DNA of 57,100 nucleotides, filler included, from Sphacelaria rigidula (taxonomy: Eukaryota), in NCBI GenBank assembly GCA_964200075.2. It is 8 parts of 8 records of this genome, joined end to end, with 100 filler letters (N's around TTAATTAATTAA, not from the genome) between each part and the next. Parts side by side here need not be neighbours in the genome. Positions count along the whole stretch, not along the records: positions 21,453 to 28,502 come from CAXNAA020016754.1; positions 28,603 to 35,652 come from CAXNAA020016755.1; positions 35,753 to 42,802 come from CAXNAA020016756.1; 5 more parts are not named here. One strand, 5' to 3'. The position numbers and the translations under genes are program-made. Of the stretch, positions 25,071-37,063 are shown piece by piece. Under the pieces are notes generated by a model that made no database searches, was not told the DNA's origin, and saw only the letters and a program-made list of their open reading frames with translations. Within the stretch, counting starts at the first letter, position 1, and every line of letters starts with the position of its first letter.

Positions 25071-26063
25071 CAACAGTATAAACAAAATGATATTTTTCAC
25101 GCTATATCTCCCATATGTTGCTTTTTGTTGAAATCACAACGAAAACAGAGCGTGTACCAGTAGAGTGAATAAAAAAACGATGTCGTGAACTGGGGCCAAG
25201 CAGGCAAGGCTGGTCATAACAGGAAAACACCACATCATCCCGGTGGACCAAGTGAAACATCATCGGCTAGTTTGGGCGGGGTAGCAGTAGTGCTGCGTTC
25301 GAATCCCGATTGGTGCAGTACTGTAATGGAATACTCTGCGGAGTTTTCGTCGAAAAAACAAAATCGGTGGAGTAAGTATATCATATGCATGTCAAGATTT
25401 ACCTGCATGTCGTTCATGAGGTTAGTGTCAGGCTCGCTGAGGACCCCCATTAGTCGGTAGCAGTCCCATCGAAACGCCTGCAGAAAACAAAGCACAAACC
25501 AAAGCAAAACAAACAAAACGCGGAAGGAAAAACGAAAACGATAACATTTCGGCAGAGATTCCACGTATGTTCTCAGCAGTGAGATGGCAAAAAAATAACG
25601 ACGACTGGCAAGGCTGCGGGTGGGTGCCGGACCAGCACACTCGATGGCAGTACCAGTGGTGCTGCCCATATAATGATACTAAAAAAAAAAAAACACAGCC
25701 AGTGTCGCCAGTACTTCCCTAATTGTGTACGTCCCACTATCAAAACGGCCTCATTACTCAACGAAAATTAATCTAATTGCGCCGCAAATGATTCCGAATC
25801 ACATTACTGAAGCCCAATCCCGTGAAAATGAGGCTCCGGAGCAGTGCCTGCAGCGGAGCATCACCGCGGACACAAGGTACTGGTCGGATCCAGCATATCA
25901 TATGCTTATCGGCTGCGCAAGTACTCATCCCTAACGAACAGGGTAGGAGCTACTGTCATGATACACTTTATTGATTGATTGATTGTCGTACTTCACCACT
26001 GACCCCCCAGGGATCCAGCCGTGGTTACATACATAACAGACGTACCGGAGACAAAAAAAAAAA

Positions 26064-26345
26064 TGGAACACTCGCCGGAGAAGGAAAGGAGAACAAAACA
26101 GAAGAAGGTAGAACAGGCCAACAGAGCCCACTAAAAAAAAAAAGCAAAAAAGAAAACGAGACAAAACAAGACTGAAACACTCGCCGAAGAAGGAAAGGAG
26201 AACAAAACAAAAACGGTGGAACAGACAAACAGAGGCCACGAAAAAAAAAAAAAAAACGAGACAAAACAAAGTGAAACACTCGCCGAAGATGGAAAGGAGA
26301 GAAAAAATAGAAGAAGGTAGAACAGTCCTGCAGAGCCCACTAAGA
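26064..26345. repeat. Three degenerate direct repeats of about 105 bp
   Basis: AACACTCGCCG(G/A)AGA(A/T)GGAAAGGAGA occurs near 26067, 26177 and 26275. Confidence 0.75.
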
Positions 26346-26559
26346 ATAAAAAAAAAGGATAACATAAAAAAGAGACAAACAAAAAATGGCTGGCCTCTGT
26401 CACACGGTTTTGTGTGATATTTCTCTTTTTTTACTGTTGCACAGAAAATGACACGTGCAACCTCCGCGGGCCGGTGGTGAGTGGTCAGACTTGTACATTT
26501 GCAGGTTCCAATCCGGACCAACTACGGTACTATGTTCTGGGGGTCGACATCCGGATTTT

Positions 26560-26798
26560 CATTTGACTCCATGGTCGACGAGGGAAAAGGAACGCTGAAC
26601 CCCTCTCGCAATGAAAAATAAAGGCAAGGACTGCAGAAGGAAGGTGGAGTACTTAAAACGAGCAAAAAGAGGAAAAAGCTCCTGTGTTGGCCTTCCTCTT
26701 GTGTGACCTCGGCTGGTGCACTCACATATACCGAAAGATGTAGACCGGCGACCAGAATAGATGGGATGACGACACACACACGCACACACACACACACA
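26560..26798 (+). mobile_element. SINE family 1, 5'-truncated copy with (AC)n tail
   Basis: Homologous to 20218-20440 (reverse complement); ends GATGACGACACACAC... Confidence 0.75.
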
Positions 26799-27174
26799 TT
26801 CCCGCCCTGCATTTTTTTTGTTTAACTCACTTCTAACGTTTATTCTTCGAGACGAGTCCGTAGTCTCAAAGTCGATCATCATCAACCCATCATCTCTCCC
26901 CCCGGTACTGCACACGCCGAACACTTTGGGAGCGTCGCACCGCTTGGATCATGACAAGTATTCACTCCCTCAACCGCCGCATCGACCCTCCCTTGTCGAA
27001 CAATCTCATTTTGCCAATCACGCCCCCCTGATGCTTTCAACGACGAAAAATAATTAAGATACTTCTGAGAAGAATTGAAAGCCGAGCTAGACGCATCTGG
27101 CGGGAAATATAAAACCCGCGCTTGTTTTTTTTTCGAGCAACGAGTGTTACTTGTAGCCTCACGCAGGTCACCGG

Positions 27175-27680
27175 GGGGAGGGGAGTACTCATGATCATGC
27201 ATGCCATAGTCATAAGACCATTGACCCCCGCATCCCTACAAAGCCGGCACAGAGCACGCCGGGTTATCGCTGAACCAGGCTGGCCATCAATCACCAAGCA
27301 CGAGGCGCCATTGTGTGCTCGGCGAGTCGCATGAAGGGTGAGCTAGATATTGCAAAGATTGCTTGGCCCGAAGCCTACTGATTGTCTTGAATTTGGATGA
27401 CATCCTACAATGAGTTGCTTCATTTTCTGGTATCGCCACTTCCAGAGATAGCCACGTCTTGGACACTGCCGCATGAGTGTCTCACCATGAAACCGCTACA
27501 TATCACGACCATATCCTTTGCGCGGACATTTAAGGTTCTCCCAGCCCGCAAAATATGGTCTACCTCGACCACCATCATGCTTACCGCAAGAAACGCAATC
27601 ACGCGCAAAAAAAAAAACCAACCTAAACTGGGTGCCTAGCTTAGGCAATGAATGGCGTGTTTTACAGCGTCATCGCCAAC
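27175..27680 (+). repeat. Dispersed repeat: G-tract-GTACTCATGATC module followed by the GGCCCGAAGCCTACTGATT module
   Basis: Homologous to 44915-45040, 21030-21352 and 6985-7051 (all minus). Confidence 0.8.
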
Positions 27681-28191
27681 TAGGGTATCGCAACAAATAT
27701 TCCGAGGCTGTGTTCTGTAGGGTATGAGATCTCTTACAGAACTTACAGAACCTGTCGGGTACGGCATGCGGGGCGTACAGAAACCCTCATCGGCAGCAGG
27801 GTATTTCTGTAAAGATATACCCGTACCCCGGTTAAGGGTAAAACATTATTGCAGATCTCACAGACCCTGTCGGGTACCAGTGTGGGAGACTTACAGAACT
27901 TACAGAACCGTCGGATACGGGTAATACTTGGGTAAAAGTACAGACTCAAACCTTGGAAATTTCGATGGACGTCGACGGGGTGCGAGAGAGTGTTCATTCA
28001 ATCCGCGACAGTGTGAGGTATGCACCGTACCAGGGCAGAAATGGATCAAAGGATTAGAATCCCTTGAGATTACAAACAGCCTAGTTCCGTTGTCCCATAA
28101 GTAAAGGTACCTAAATTTGGACGGGCCCTTAACGATGTCCGATCGTTTATTTTTATTTTTTCATGAACTCTACGGTGTTTTTTGGGTTAAG

Positions 28192-28502
28192 AAAATGTGT
28201 TCAAAATTTGCAGCTCGTGCTTGAACCATGCCGCCGAACGGCTGCACAAAAAGTAGTCGACCCAAAAATGGCCGTTTTTGGCCCCTTTCCGAGGGGAAAA
28301 AAAGTGTCGATTTTTTTCTTTTATCGCTCCCGCCTTCACTGGTGCTTGCTGCCAGGAAGTCCCACGCGATTACAAAAAAAAATCGACACTTTTTTCCCGT
28401 CGGAAAGGGGCCAAAAACGGCCATTTTTGGGCCGACTACTTTTTTTGCAGCCGTGAGGAGGCATGGTTCAAGCACGAGCTGCAAATCTTAAAAACATTTT
28501 TT
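28192..28502. repeat. Foldback: inverted repeat with arms of about 130 bp and a spacer of about 50 bp, running into the contig end
   Basis: TTTGCAGCTCGTGCTTGAACCATGCC...GTGTCGATTTTTTT is mirrored by AAAAAAATCGACAC...GGCATGGTTCAAGCACGAGCTGCAAA. Confidence 0.9.
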
Positions 28503-28602
28503 NNNNNNNNNNNNNNNNNNNNNNNNNNNNNNNNNNNNNNNNNNNNTTAATTAATTAANNNNNNNNNNNNNNNNNNNNNNNNNNNNNNNNNNNNNNNNNN
28601 NN
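28503..28602. other. Artificial assembly spacer
   Basis: N44-TTAATTAATTAA-N44. Confidence 0.98.
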
Positions 28603-28674
28603 CGGCCCAATTCGTTTCCGGTGATGAGATATTGCTCTGCCAGGTTAAGTCCGTTTCTGGGCTGGCCCAGCTCG
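28603..28674. mobile_element. Terminal fragment (TIR plus TA) of the mariner-like family
   Basis: GTCCGTTTCTGGGCTGGCCCAGCTCG followed by TA. Confidence 0.7.
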
Positions 28675-29860
28675 TAGTCATGGATGATGACGAAAAACGA
28701 CACCAGTATTCACCCTATGCTAGAGTCATACCCTTTGGTGATAGCGTATGGCAACAGCAGCGTCCGTTGTGAATACGTCTAACGTTAGTCCGTCTAGCGG
28801 CGCACCCCGAGCGTGTGGTTACAGCATGATAAATTGCGAGCAAGACCAGGATTGGTTTTGTCAGAAACAGCCCAGACAGTGGTGCGATATGCCTATTATT
28901 TTGTTTTTCAGGTACGGAACAATTGATCAGAATTCGTGTGCAGAGCAATCATAAAGCAGGAAATTTGGCTCTGTTAAGCGATCGGTTGTCGTTGCAAAAT
29001 ACGACAGTTGTTGGAAGAGCGCTTGTTTGCACATTCACGCCAAGGTCACCACACAGTCAAGACGTGAATGCAGCAATACAGTTTTGTGTGCCCAACGGGT
29101 ACGGTGGTTGCGAGCAGCAGTTCAGATAGTGCAACACAGTACAGGTTCGTGAATTTTATATCGCGGTGCGGGTAGTCCCTCTGCGTTATGCATACTTTTT
29201 CCAAGTGAAAATTGATGCCAACTCAGCAGGTAACCTACCCTCGTGGTAAAAAAGATCATTCCTCACAACGAAAGGGCGTCGTACAGCCCCCCTCTGCGCG
29301 GTGTATAGAGTGGCATTGTTCGTTTCATCCACCTCACCGAGGGTGAAGGTTGATTGCTTCAACGTTTTCATTGCTATGTGCGCAGGATCTGACCTCTCAC
29401 GGCTATAAAGCAAGCATGGTGTTGTCTCATCACACGGCGAAATCATAGCCTGCAGTAAAACTGAGCAACTGTGTTACATAGTAGAAGTCGGGCGTACAGC
29501 AGCTACGGCATACAAAAATACAGCAAAGCGGTGTAAAGAAGCATTTCATCTTCGCGTCAACCGTAATGTGGTGTATGAAGCAAGCACCAAGTTGTCTCAT
29601 CTCACACCTACTTGCACGCTCAACTTTCACATTTCGTTCTTGTACCCCCTTCGTGAAAGCAATATTTATTTCAAGGCGTGAGGAAGATCACCTACCAGAT
29701 CTAAAAACCCGCCGCATTCATATGGCAATGTTAATAGGGCGTGCTTAATGCATGGTGAGCGAACTTTTGTCTCAAGCACGTCGGTTTTTGAGCGACACGA
29801 GGTAACATGTCATCGAACAACAAGGCACGGTTGATGCAGGATAATGGTGAGGGATAGCTG

Positions 29861-30162
29861 CACGGGTGGCCACTGGGGTCTGTAACCTGGCCATTTTGGG
29901 ACCTTATCCACCTTTGGCAAGTTCCGCAGCTTGGGTAGACAACTGAAGAGCATTCGCACAGCATGGACAGGATCGAAACAAAACATGTCCCAGTCTATAG
30001 GCGGGTGACTCCCCCCACTCCCCTGTAGACTGGAACATGCTTTGTTTCGAACCTGTCCATGCTGTGCGAATGCTCTTCAGTTATCCACCTAATCCGCGGA
30101 CCTTGCCAAATGTGGATGAGGTCCCAAAATGGCCAGGTTACAGACCCCAGTGGCCACCCGTG
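29861..30162. repeat. 302-bp imperfect palindrome (hairpin or MITE-like, CAC...GTG ends)
   Basis: CACGGGTGGCCACTGGGGTCTGTAACCTGGCCATTTTGGGACCT is perfectly mirrored at the right end. Pairing continues with mismatches to a loop of under 10 nt near 30010. Confidence 0.92.
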
Positions 30163-33064
30163 TCGTGGCATTAAAATAACAACAGCCCGCCGCATTATGT
30201 TACGGGAATATGGGTATCAGCCTGGTTCGTGCACTGTGCAAGCGTTGTGCAAATTCATGTTTAATGACAGGATGCACACAGCAGATGGCCGGCTGTAATA
30301 TAAGTTTAACAGCAAGAGACAGTACATCAACAGTTTGATTCAACCAGTTTAGGTGCAAGATATCTCTGATTTTTAACAGGGTACAACAAGCTCCAATTAA
30401 GGGAGGCAGCATTGAAACGGCATCCTTCCGCACCATGCGATATAGACATACATGTGCTTATTGCAGACACATCGTGGTCCTGCATACATGCCGTAAAATA
30501 TCGGCTTCACGTAGACGAGAATAAGCGCTGCATGGAAGCGGTAGCTTGACTCAAAGCGACAGCATCAGCGCATCTGTTCGGTATATTTCGGGCTGCACAA
30601 TCAGTCCCACGTTTCACAGTAGTGAGTGATGGTTCACAAATTTGAATCTAACCCACATGCAACATAGACCAAGCGTCATCACCACGTTATCCAATGAACC
30701 GTGATATCAATTAAAACGGGCAGCACGACGTTATCAGCATGAGCCATCATTTCATTTTCCTTCATGGGTTATAGCTTGTTATGGCAGGGCAAAGTTGACT
30801 AATCACATCGCCAACTTCTTCAAACTCAAGAACTCGAGTAATGGAGGCAGCGGGGTCAGTGGAACTTTCGAATCATCCGTAGTTGAACTATAAAATGTAT
30901 AGACTATACGGATATTTCATGTTGACTGTACGGTATACAGTATGAACACCACCTGAACAGCTGTGACCGCTGTTACGGATATCCTTTTGCAGCGTGATAC
31001 CTTCCCGAGGGTGTGAGGTTACCGCAGATGATATGATACGACACAATAGTCCCGGTTATGGGAGCACCATGATACAAACAGAATAGTGTTGGCCATAGTT
31101 GTTGCTCCCATTGTGTGTGTCTAGTATGCAGGTCGAGTACTAGAGCGAAGCAACAAAAGCTTTTCGGTCATGCAAGTTATGGTGTCTCGCTAGCTCATGC
31201 AAATACGACTTACTTTTACATGACTACACATTTCACTATCTATTTGCGCACATCGTTCGTCTCTGACTGTTATGTCGACCTCCTGACATCTGCTCACTGT
31301 TTGAATCAAACATCTTTACAGTCTCACCGTTATTCTTGAAACAATCGTAAGCTCACAGCACGTGGGGGACAGTCCAAGGCAAAACGATACACGACAAACG
31401 TCAAGATTTCCTCGATCACAGCTTCAGGCCGATTCGATTTCTCTTTTTATCTTGGTGGTGTTGACTTGCACTTCCAAGAAGTAGTGAACACCAGCGTGTC
31501 ACCGGGTTGAATCGATCCCTGGAAAGAACCGGGTCGAACCAGATGTAAAAAGGCATGTTTATGTATTCCGCCTCTTGACGGATTACATCATCCTCACCCC
31601 TGATTGCAGTACCAGCCAGTTCCCGCAATCAGCCCTCCGGGCGCGTAGTGTCGTTTTGAATACCGACGGCCCATCATCGTACTACCCTTATCCACCACGC
31701 CACGCCGCGATACGTAACACTTTGGCCCCCAAACAGAAAGCCGCCATTCCTCGTCTAGCATTTCGCGTTTCTCGAAGAGGAGTTTAGTCCATTTTTACGG
31801 TCTCGGAGGATTCAAGACTGGCCTCTGGACAAACACAGAAGCTGCATAAAATACACTGTATCTGCAGCTGTTCACTTGAGAAAATCAGTTGAGGCCAACA
31901 ACCGTCACAGGGGAAACGTTGAGTGTCCAAGACGAGTGACGGCGCCATTCCCGCAAGCGGCAAACACGACAGCAAAACAATCTGAAACTCATAAGACTGT
32001 AAAACTCTTAAATGGGATGGTTGCCAAACAGCAGAGCCACAATCCGCCCTCATTGTCTCCGTGTTTCGTGTTTGCGGATGGGTCAAAGTCTACGGTCTCC
32101 CTTCACCTGATGCCATGCCACGGGGACCGGCCATTTCAGTCATATTGCGTTGTATTTTCCATCAGGGCATCTTCTTTCCCTCATTTTTTCACCTCTTTCT
32201 GCATTGTTTTGACTTCTTCTCTTTCTCTTCAAGTTTTTCTCCGCAGGTGTTTCGGTTTTGATTAACATGGGCAGATCTCCCTTGCTACACCGACGGTTTC
32301 TTTCGGTAATCGATTGCGTGCGACATTAAAGTGATCAATCAGCTATTTCACGTGCAATCAGAGGAGGGTACTAATGCTGGCATCAAAGAATGGAGCGTGA
32401 CGGGTCCCAGACCTCCTTCCAGCTTCGTGTCTCCATTCTCGACACTTTCTACGATAGCCCCCCCCCCCGAAACCAGCTAAAAGTATCACGAAACAAATGG
32501 CCATACAGCGACTGATGTTCGGGTTCAGGCTGCATGAAGCGCCTCATATTGGCGACACCAGAACGAACCCAAGCGTGGGATTTCCCAGCTTCTCGTTGTG
32601 CTCGGCTTTTCTCATTTCGATTAATGTGAAGATTTTGCCTCCCGAAACCTTGCACTTTTTTTTGGGGGGGGGGGTATTGTAGAAAGTGTCTCTCACACTT
32701 ACTTAGTATGTGAGACACGAAAACCCACACCATCAAGAGAAGGATGGAAAATATTGCAGTACGAATAGGAAGTCCACCACCAGCGTCGCGGTTCATCCGG
32801 GGATCGACTACTACACTACATCCACTTTTGGCGAACGCGTGCAACACATGATCATCGCACCTATATTCACGTTTGGACGAAATCTTCGTGGGACTTGGGC
32901 GTCGGATATCAGGTCTACACAACCTCACAAACACTTTTGCTGCAAAAAACCAAAAGCTCAGTCAACCGATCCTCGTCTATAGGTGCCGATGGTGCACGCT
33001 AGCGTTCGCCCGCATACGCCACGCCGAATCCAAACGTGATACGCGTAGCCGGTAGCATTATCCA

Positions 33065-35064
33065 TCACCCGTCGGACGTCCAAGGAGGGAGACCAGATAC
33101 TCGTAACTCCAACTTTACTTTCGACGTTTCGGCCTCGTCAGCTTGCACACCATCGATAACGCCAAAGCACCCGGACACCACTGCTGAGGATTCATGGAGC
33201 CATCTCGTACCCGCACCGCTACTACTGCTACTGGAGCTATTGCCACCACCTATGCTGCCCGTACCACTTGAATCGGAGGCCTGTTTCTCACACTCTGTGA
33301 CCGAAGTGCAACAGTGAGTTGAAAAAGAAACGGACGACTCCACCTTCATTCCTGTCACTGCACTTGCCCCTGGAGACACCTCGTCGTCAGACCCCAAGGG
33401 TATCTGTGCTGAGAGCAGCAGTGGTATTGCACCATCCCCCTCTGGATTGGGGCACGCACAACGGCGAGTGCCGACAACGGCCCGTGAACCAGAGCCCGAG
33501 CAAAATGCGCGTTTGCGCTTAATTTCTCGAACGTCAGCAACGCTTCCTCCACCATCCTCCGTCCGGCTACGGCGGTATGTCGCCACCCGAACATTGAATT
33601 CTGCGGTGTCGCAAACTGCAGTTGTGTTGGGCGTAGGAGCATGCTGTCGGTAGAACTGTGCCTCATGCTGGTTGTGCATCTCGGAGATACCCAGCTCGGA
33701 GCACCCCTTCTTGCCGGAACAACAATGGTTTACGCCCTCCATTCCCACACTGGCGTACTCAAAAGAGAAATCTGCAATCTTGCCCCCCGCAACACCATGC
33801 GATGGTTGCTTGAGACAGCCCTCGTCGCCGCACCCTTCCCTCACATGTACCATTCCCGCCCTGGCGTGCTCAGAGCAGAACTCCGCCTTCTTGCTTCCTG
33901 CTACACCGTACGACGGCTGCTTAAGACAGCCCCTATCGCCGCACCTCTTGTTCACATTTACCATTCCCGCCCTGGCGTGCTCGAAGCAAAACTCCGCCTT
34001 CTTGCTTCCTGCTACACCGTACGAGGGATGCTTCAGACAGCCCCTATCGCCGCACCTCTTGCTCACCAGGTCTATCATTCCCGCCCTGGCGTGCTCGGCG
34101 CAGAACTCCGCCTTCTTGCTTCCTGCTACACCATACGACGGTCGCTTGAGACAGCCCTCGTCGCCGCATCTCTTCCTCACACTTACCATGCCCTCCCTGG
34201 CGTGCTCGGCGCAGAACTCCGCCTTCTTGCTTCCTGCTACACCATACGACGGCTGCTTCAGACAGCCCCTATCGCCGCACCTCTTGTTCACCACGTTTAC
34301 CATTCCCGCCCTGGCGTGCTCAGCGCAGAAGTCAGCCTTCCTGCTCCCTGCAACGCCATACGACGATCGCTTGAGACAGCCCTCGTCGCCGCACCTGTTC
34401 TTCACATTTACCATGCTCGCCCTGGCGTGCTCGGCGCAGAACTCCGCCTTCTTGCTTCCTGCTTCACCAAACGACGGGTGCTTCAGACAGCTCCTATCGC
34501 CGCACCTCTTGCTCACTACATCTATCATGCCCGCCCTGGCGTGCTCACCACAGAACTCCGCCTTCTTGCTTCCTGCTACACCGTACGACGGCTGCTTCAG
34601 ACAGCCCGTATCGCCGCACCTCTTGTTCACATTTACCATTCCCGCCCTGGCGTGCTCGAAGCAGAACTCCGCCTTCTTGCTTCCTACTACACCATACGAC
34701 GAATGCTTCAGACAGCCCTTGTCGCCGCACCTCTCGGCCACCACATCAACCATTCCTGCCATGGCGTGCTCAGAGCAGAACTCCGCCTTCTTGCTTCCTG
34801 CTACACCATGCGATGGGCGCTTGAGATAGCCCTTGTCGGCGCACCTTTTGTTCACCACATTTACCATTCCCGCCCTGGCGTGCTCAACACAGAGCGCCGC
34901 CTCGTAGACTCGTGAACCGTACGATGACACCTTGGAGCAGCCCTCGTTGAGGCAATTTATCGTCGTGACGTCGACCGTCAGCTCCTTTTTCGCGTCCCCC
35001 TTCTCCGAGAACCTACCCCTGCTGGCAGCACGATCGCCAAAAACCCCGGAAAGCTGGTGATGAG
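33065..35064 (-). CDS. EsV-1-7 cysteine-rich repeat protein (about 11 tandem repeats plus a low-complexity C-terminal tail); terminal exon, 5' end probably spliced
   Basis: Uninterrupted frame (ORF 33065-35437). Repeats of 37-38 aa with consensus CGDxGCLKxPSYGVAGSKKAEFCxEHARAGMVNV(V)xKR at about 33721-34954 match the EsV-1-7 motif family expanded in brown algae. A candidate acceptor CTGTAG at 35070-35065 suggests the first ~124 aa of the raw ORF are intronic. Confidence 0.9.
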
Positions 35065-35652
35065 CTACAGTTGGCAACGACTGATTTAATTTAAAGAGAC
35101 AACGGCATTTCATGTGTTGCGCATAGTTCAGAAGATCACGAGACAGCTGCATCCAACAAGATGACACCCCATACACTCTTATTCGTATTAACATGATGTC
35201 CAAGGGTATTCGGCGGGTGAGGACGTCCTCTGCACTACGGTATACGCATCGGGGGCACATACGGAACCGGTATAGTACAAACAAGAATGCATGTGTTGCA
35301 GAAACACAAAGCCAAAATCTACACCCTGGACAAGACGGTTTGTGTCGAATATATAGTTGTCGATCATATTGGTATTTTGTCATGTATTGCCCCCCCAAAT
35401 TATATTGGTACCGTGGAATTATACCCATAATGTCCAATCAACATACAAGTATAGAACAATGTTCTCGTGAAATTGAGAGTTGAATATGGGATTGAGAGTG
35501 ACCTTTTTTTCGACCGGCGTGACAGTCACCTTTTCAATTGTTACACGACACGTTGGCTTCTTGCATAACAAGAGGCCCGTTGACCTTTAGAGCAGTAGAC
35601 CTGATCAACTGTTCGTTCACATTGGTTGACAGGGATGACTGCTTGATTTTAG

Positions 35653-35752
35653 NNNNNNNNNNNNNNNNNNNNNNNNNNNNNNNNNNNNNNNNNNNNTTAA
35701 TTAATTAANNNNNNNNNNNNNNNNNNNNNNNNNNNNNNNNNNNNNNNNNNNN
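35653..35752. other. Artificial assembly spacer
   Basis: N44-TTAATTAATTAA-N44. Confidence 0.98.
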
Positions 35753-36290
35753 TTTTTAGGGTTGTTCGATAAAATTTCGTGTAGTGGACCGCTAGTGCAT
35801 AATAAAATAAAATAAAACGTCTTGCTACCTTTTCTCATTTTTTTTCATTTTTTTTCGTGTTTTTAGTGGAGTTTTGAGGGAAAATGAACATTGTTCTTAG
35901 GCCTTATCGCACTGTTGTAACTCAATTTCTAGAATTTTGATTTGAAAGTTAACATGGGGAACTACAAAAGTGTGCCGAAAGAAAAAAAAATGGGCCTTTA
36001 TTTTTTTTTTCATAGAAGTTCGGACGTTCTCGTGAAAAATTGGTCCTGACCATAGTAGAACACCCTGAACCAGTGAAAAAAATGAAAAAAAATCAACCTA
36101 ACCCACTTTTTTGTTAATTATGCCTTAGAGAGCGCCCACACCAAATTTTAATACACGAAAACCAAACGTGGGCCGGTGAGTGGCCTGCGAAATACTGTTC
36201 CGACTTTCTACCGACCCGGTTTTTGATAGGCCCATGCTCTTTCATACATTAAGAGTTGGGCCCTGAAATTTACCGACGATAGCACGTTGG
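35753..36290 (+). mobile_element. Internal fragment of the mariner-like family
   Basis: Colinear with about 24130-24650 (TTTTTCGTGTTTTTAGTGGA, GTTCTCGTGAAAAA, GGGCCGGTGA.TGGCCTGCGA.ATACTGTTCCGA). Confidence 0.8.
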
Positions 36291-37063
36291 AGCTCTATCG
36301 AAGAGTAGTACGTGAGAATACCCGCAAAACAGCCCTGAGCAGTTCAGGCGCCCAGTACTGTATGCACCCCACACCCCGCCCGCCCCTGCAACCAAATGCC
36401 CAAGATTACGAGGGAGGAGCAGGGATCATGCCATTCCTCGACTTTGCGTGGGAAAAGCGTACCGCTCCTGTGTCGAAAAACAATAAAACAGTGGACAACG
36501 GAAAACCCACACCACTATATATAGACTCTGCAAACCACGCCAAACCACGCAAACACACCCTCTCCCTGAATAATTTCGCCCCACAAAATGAACGACGACG
36601 CAATAATCGTACAAGAGCGATAGGCGACAAGACATCGCATCAACTTTTGTCAGGAAGAAACACCAACATCATTACCGTATCCCCCGTGAGGAAACTATAG
36701 CAGATCTGCAGAGTAAACAGGAGCTCATGCCTACTGCTTTTGCCTGAAAAACTCGCAGTCTGTCTCCATGTGTAAGGGTGACGTGTAGCGTGTGACGTGT
36801 AGCGTGTGACATGCCGTATGTCACGCTTTCGCTACCAACTTCAAACTTCGCAATTGAACTGGTTAAATCGGTTCACCAGAAAAAACGGTTTAACCGTCAT
36901 AATAACTCCTCATTTTGTCGGTGAAACGGGTTTTCCCGTGAAACGGTTCATCCAGCAAAAACAAAACTTCACTTTTTTCCAGAACCGTAACCGGTTAACG
37001 CCTATTGGGCCTGTTGTTAAGAACCTGTTATAACCGGTTTTTCCTTTGCAGGTGCCCACCTCT

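Noticed and set aside
33641-34915. Two long plus-strand ORFs (424 aa and 385 aa) antisense to the EsV-1-7 array
   Set aside because: Shadow ORFs: a stop-free unit of codon-multiple length stays open in other frames when tandemly repeated. Both ORFs are confined to the array.
35065-35437. N-terminal ~124 aa of the 790-aa ORF
   Set aside because: Intron-like composition and a candidate CTGTAG acceptor at its boundary; probably not coding.
28603-35652. Endogenous phaeovirus (EsV-1-like) insertion
   Set aside because: No recognisable NCLDV core genes and no gene-dense intronless organisation; EsV-1-7 repeats are a resident brown-algal family.
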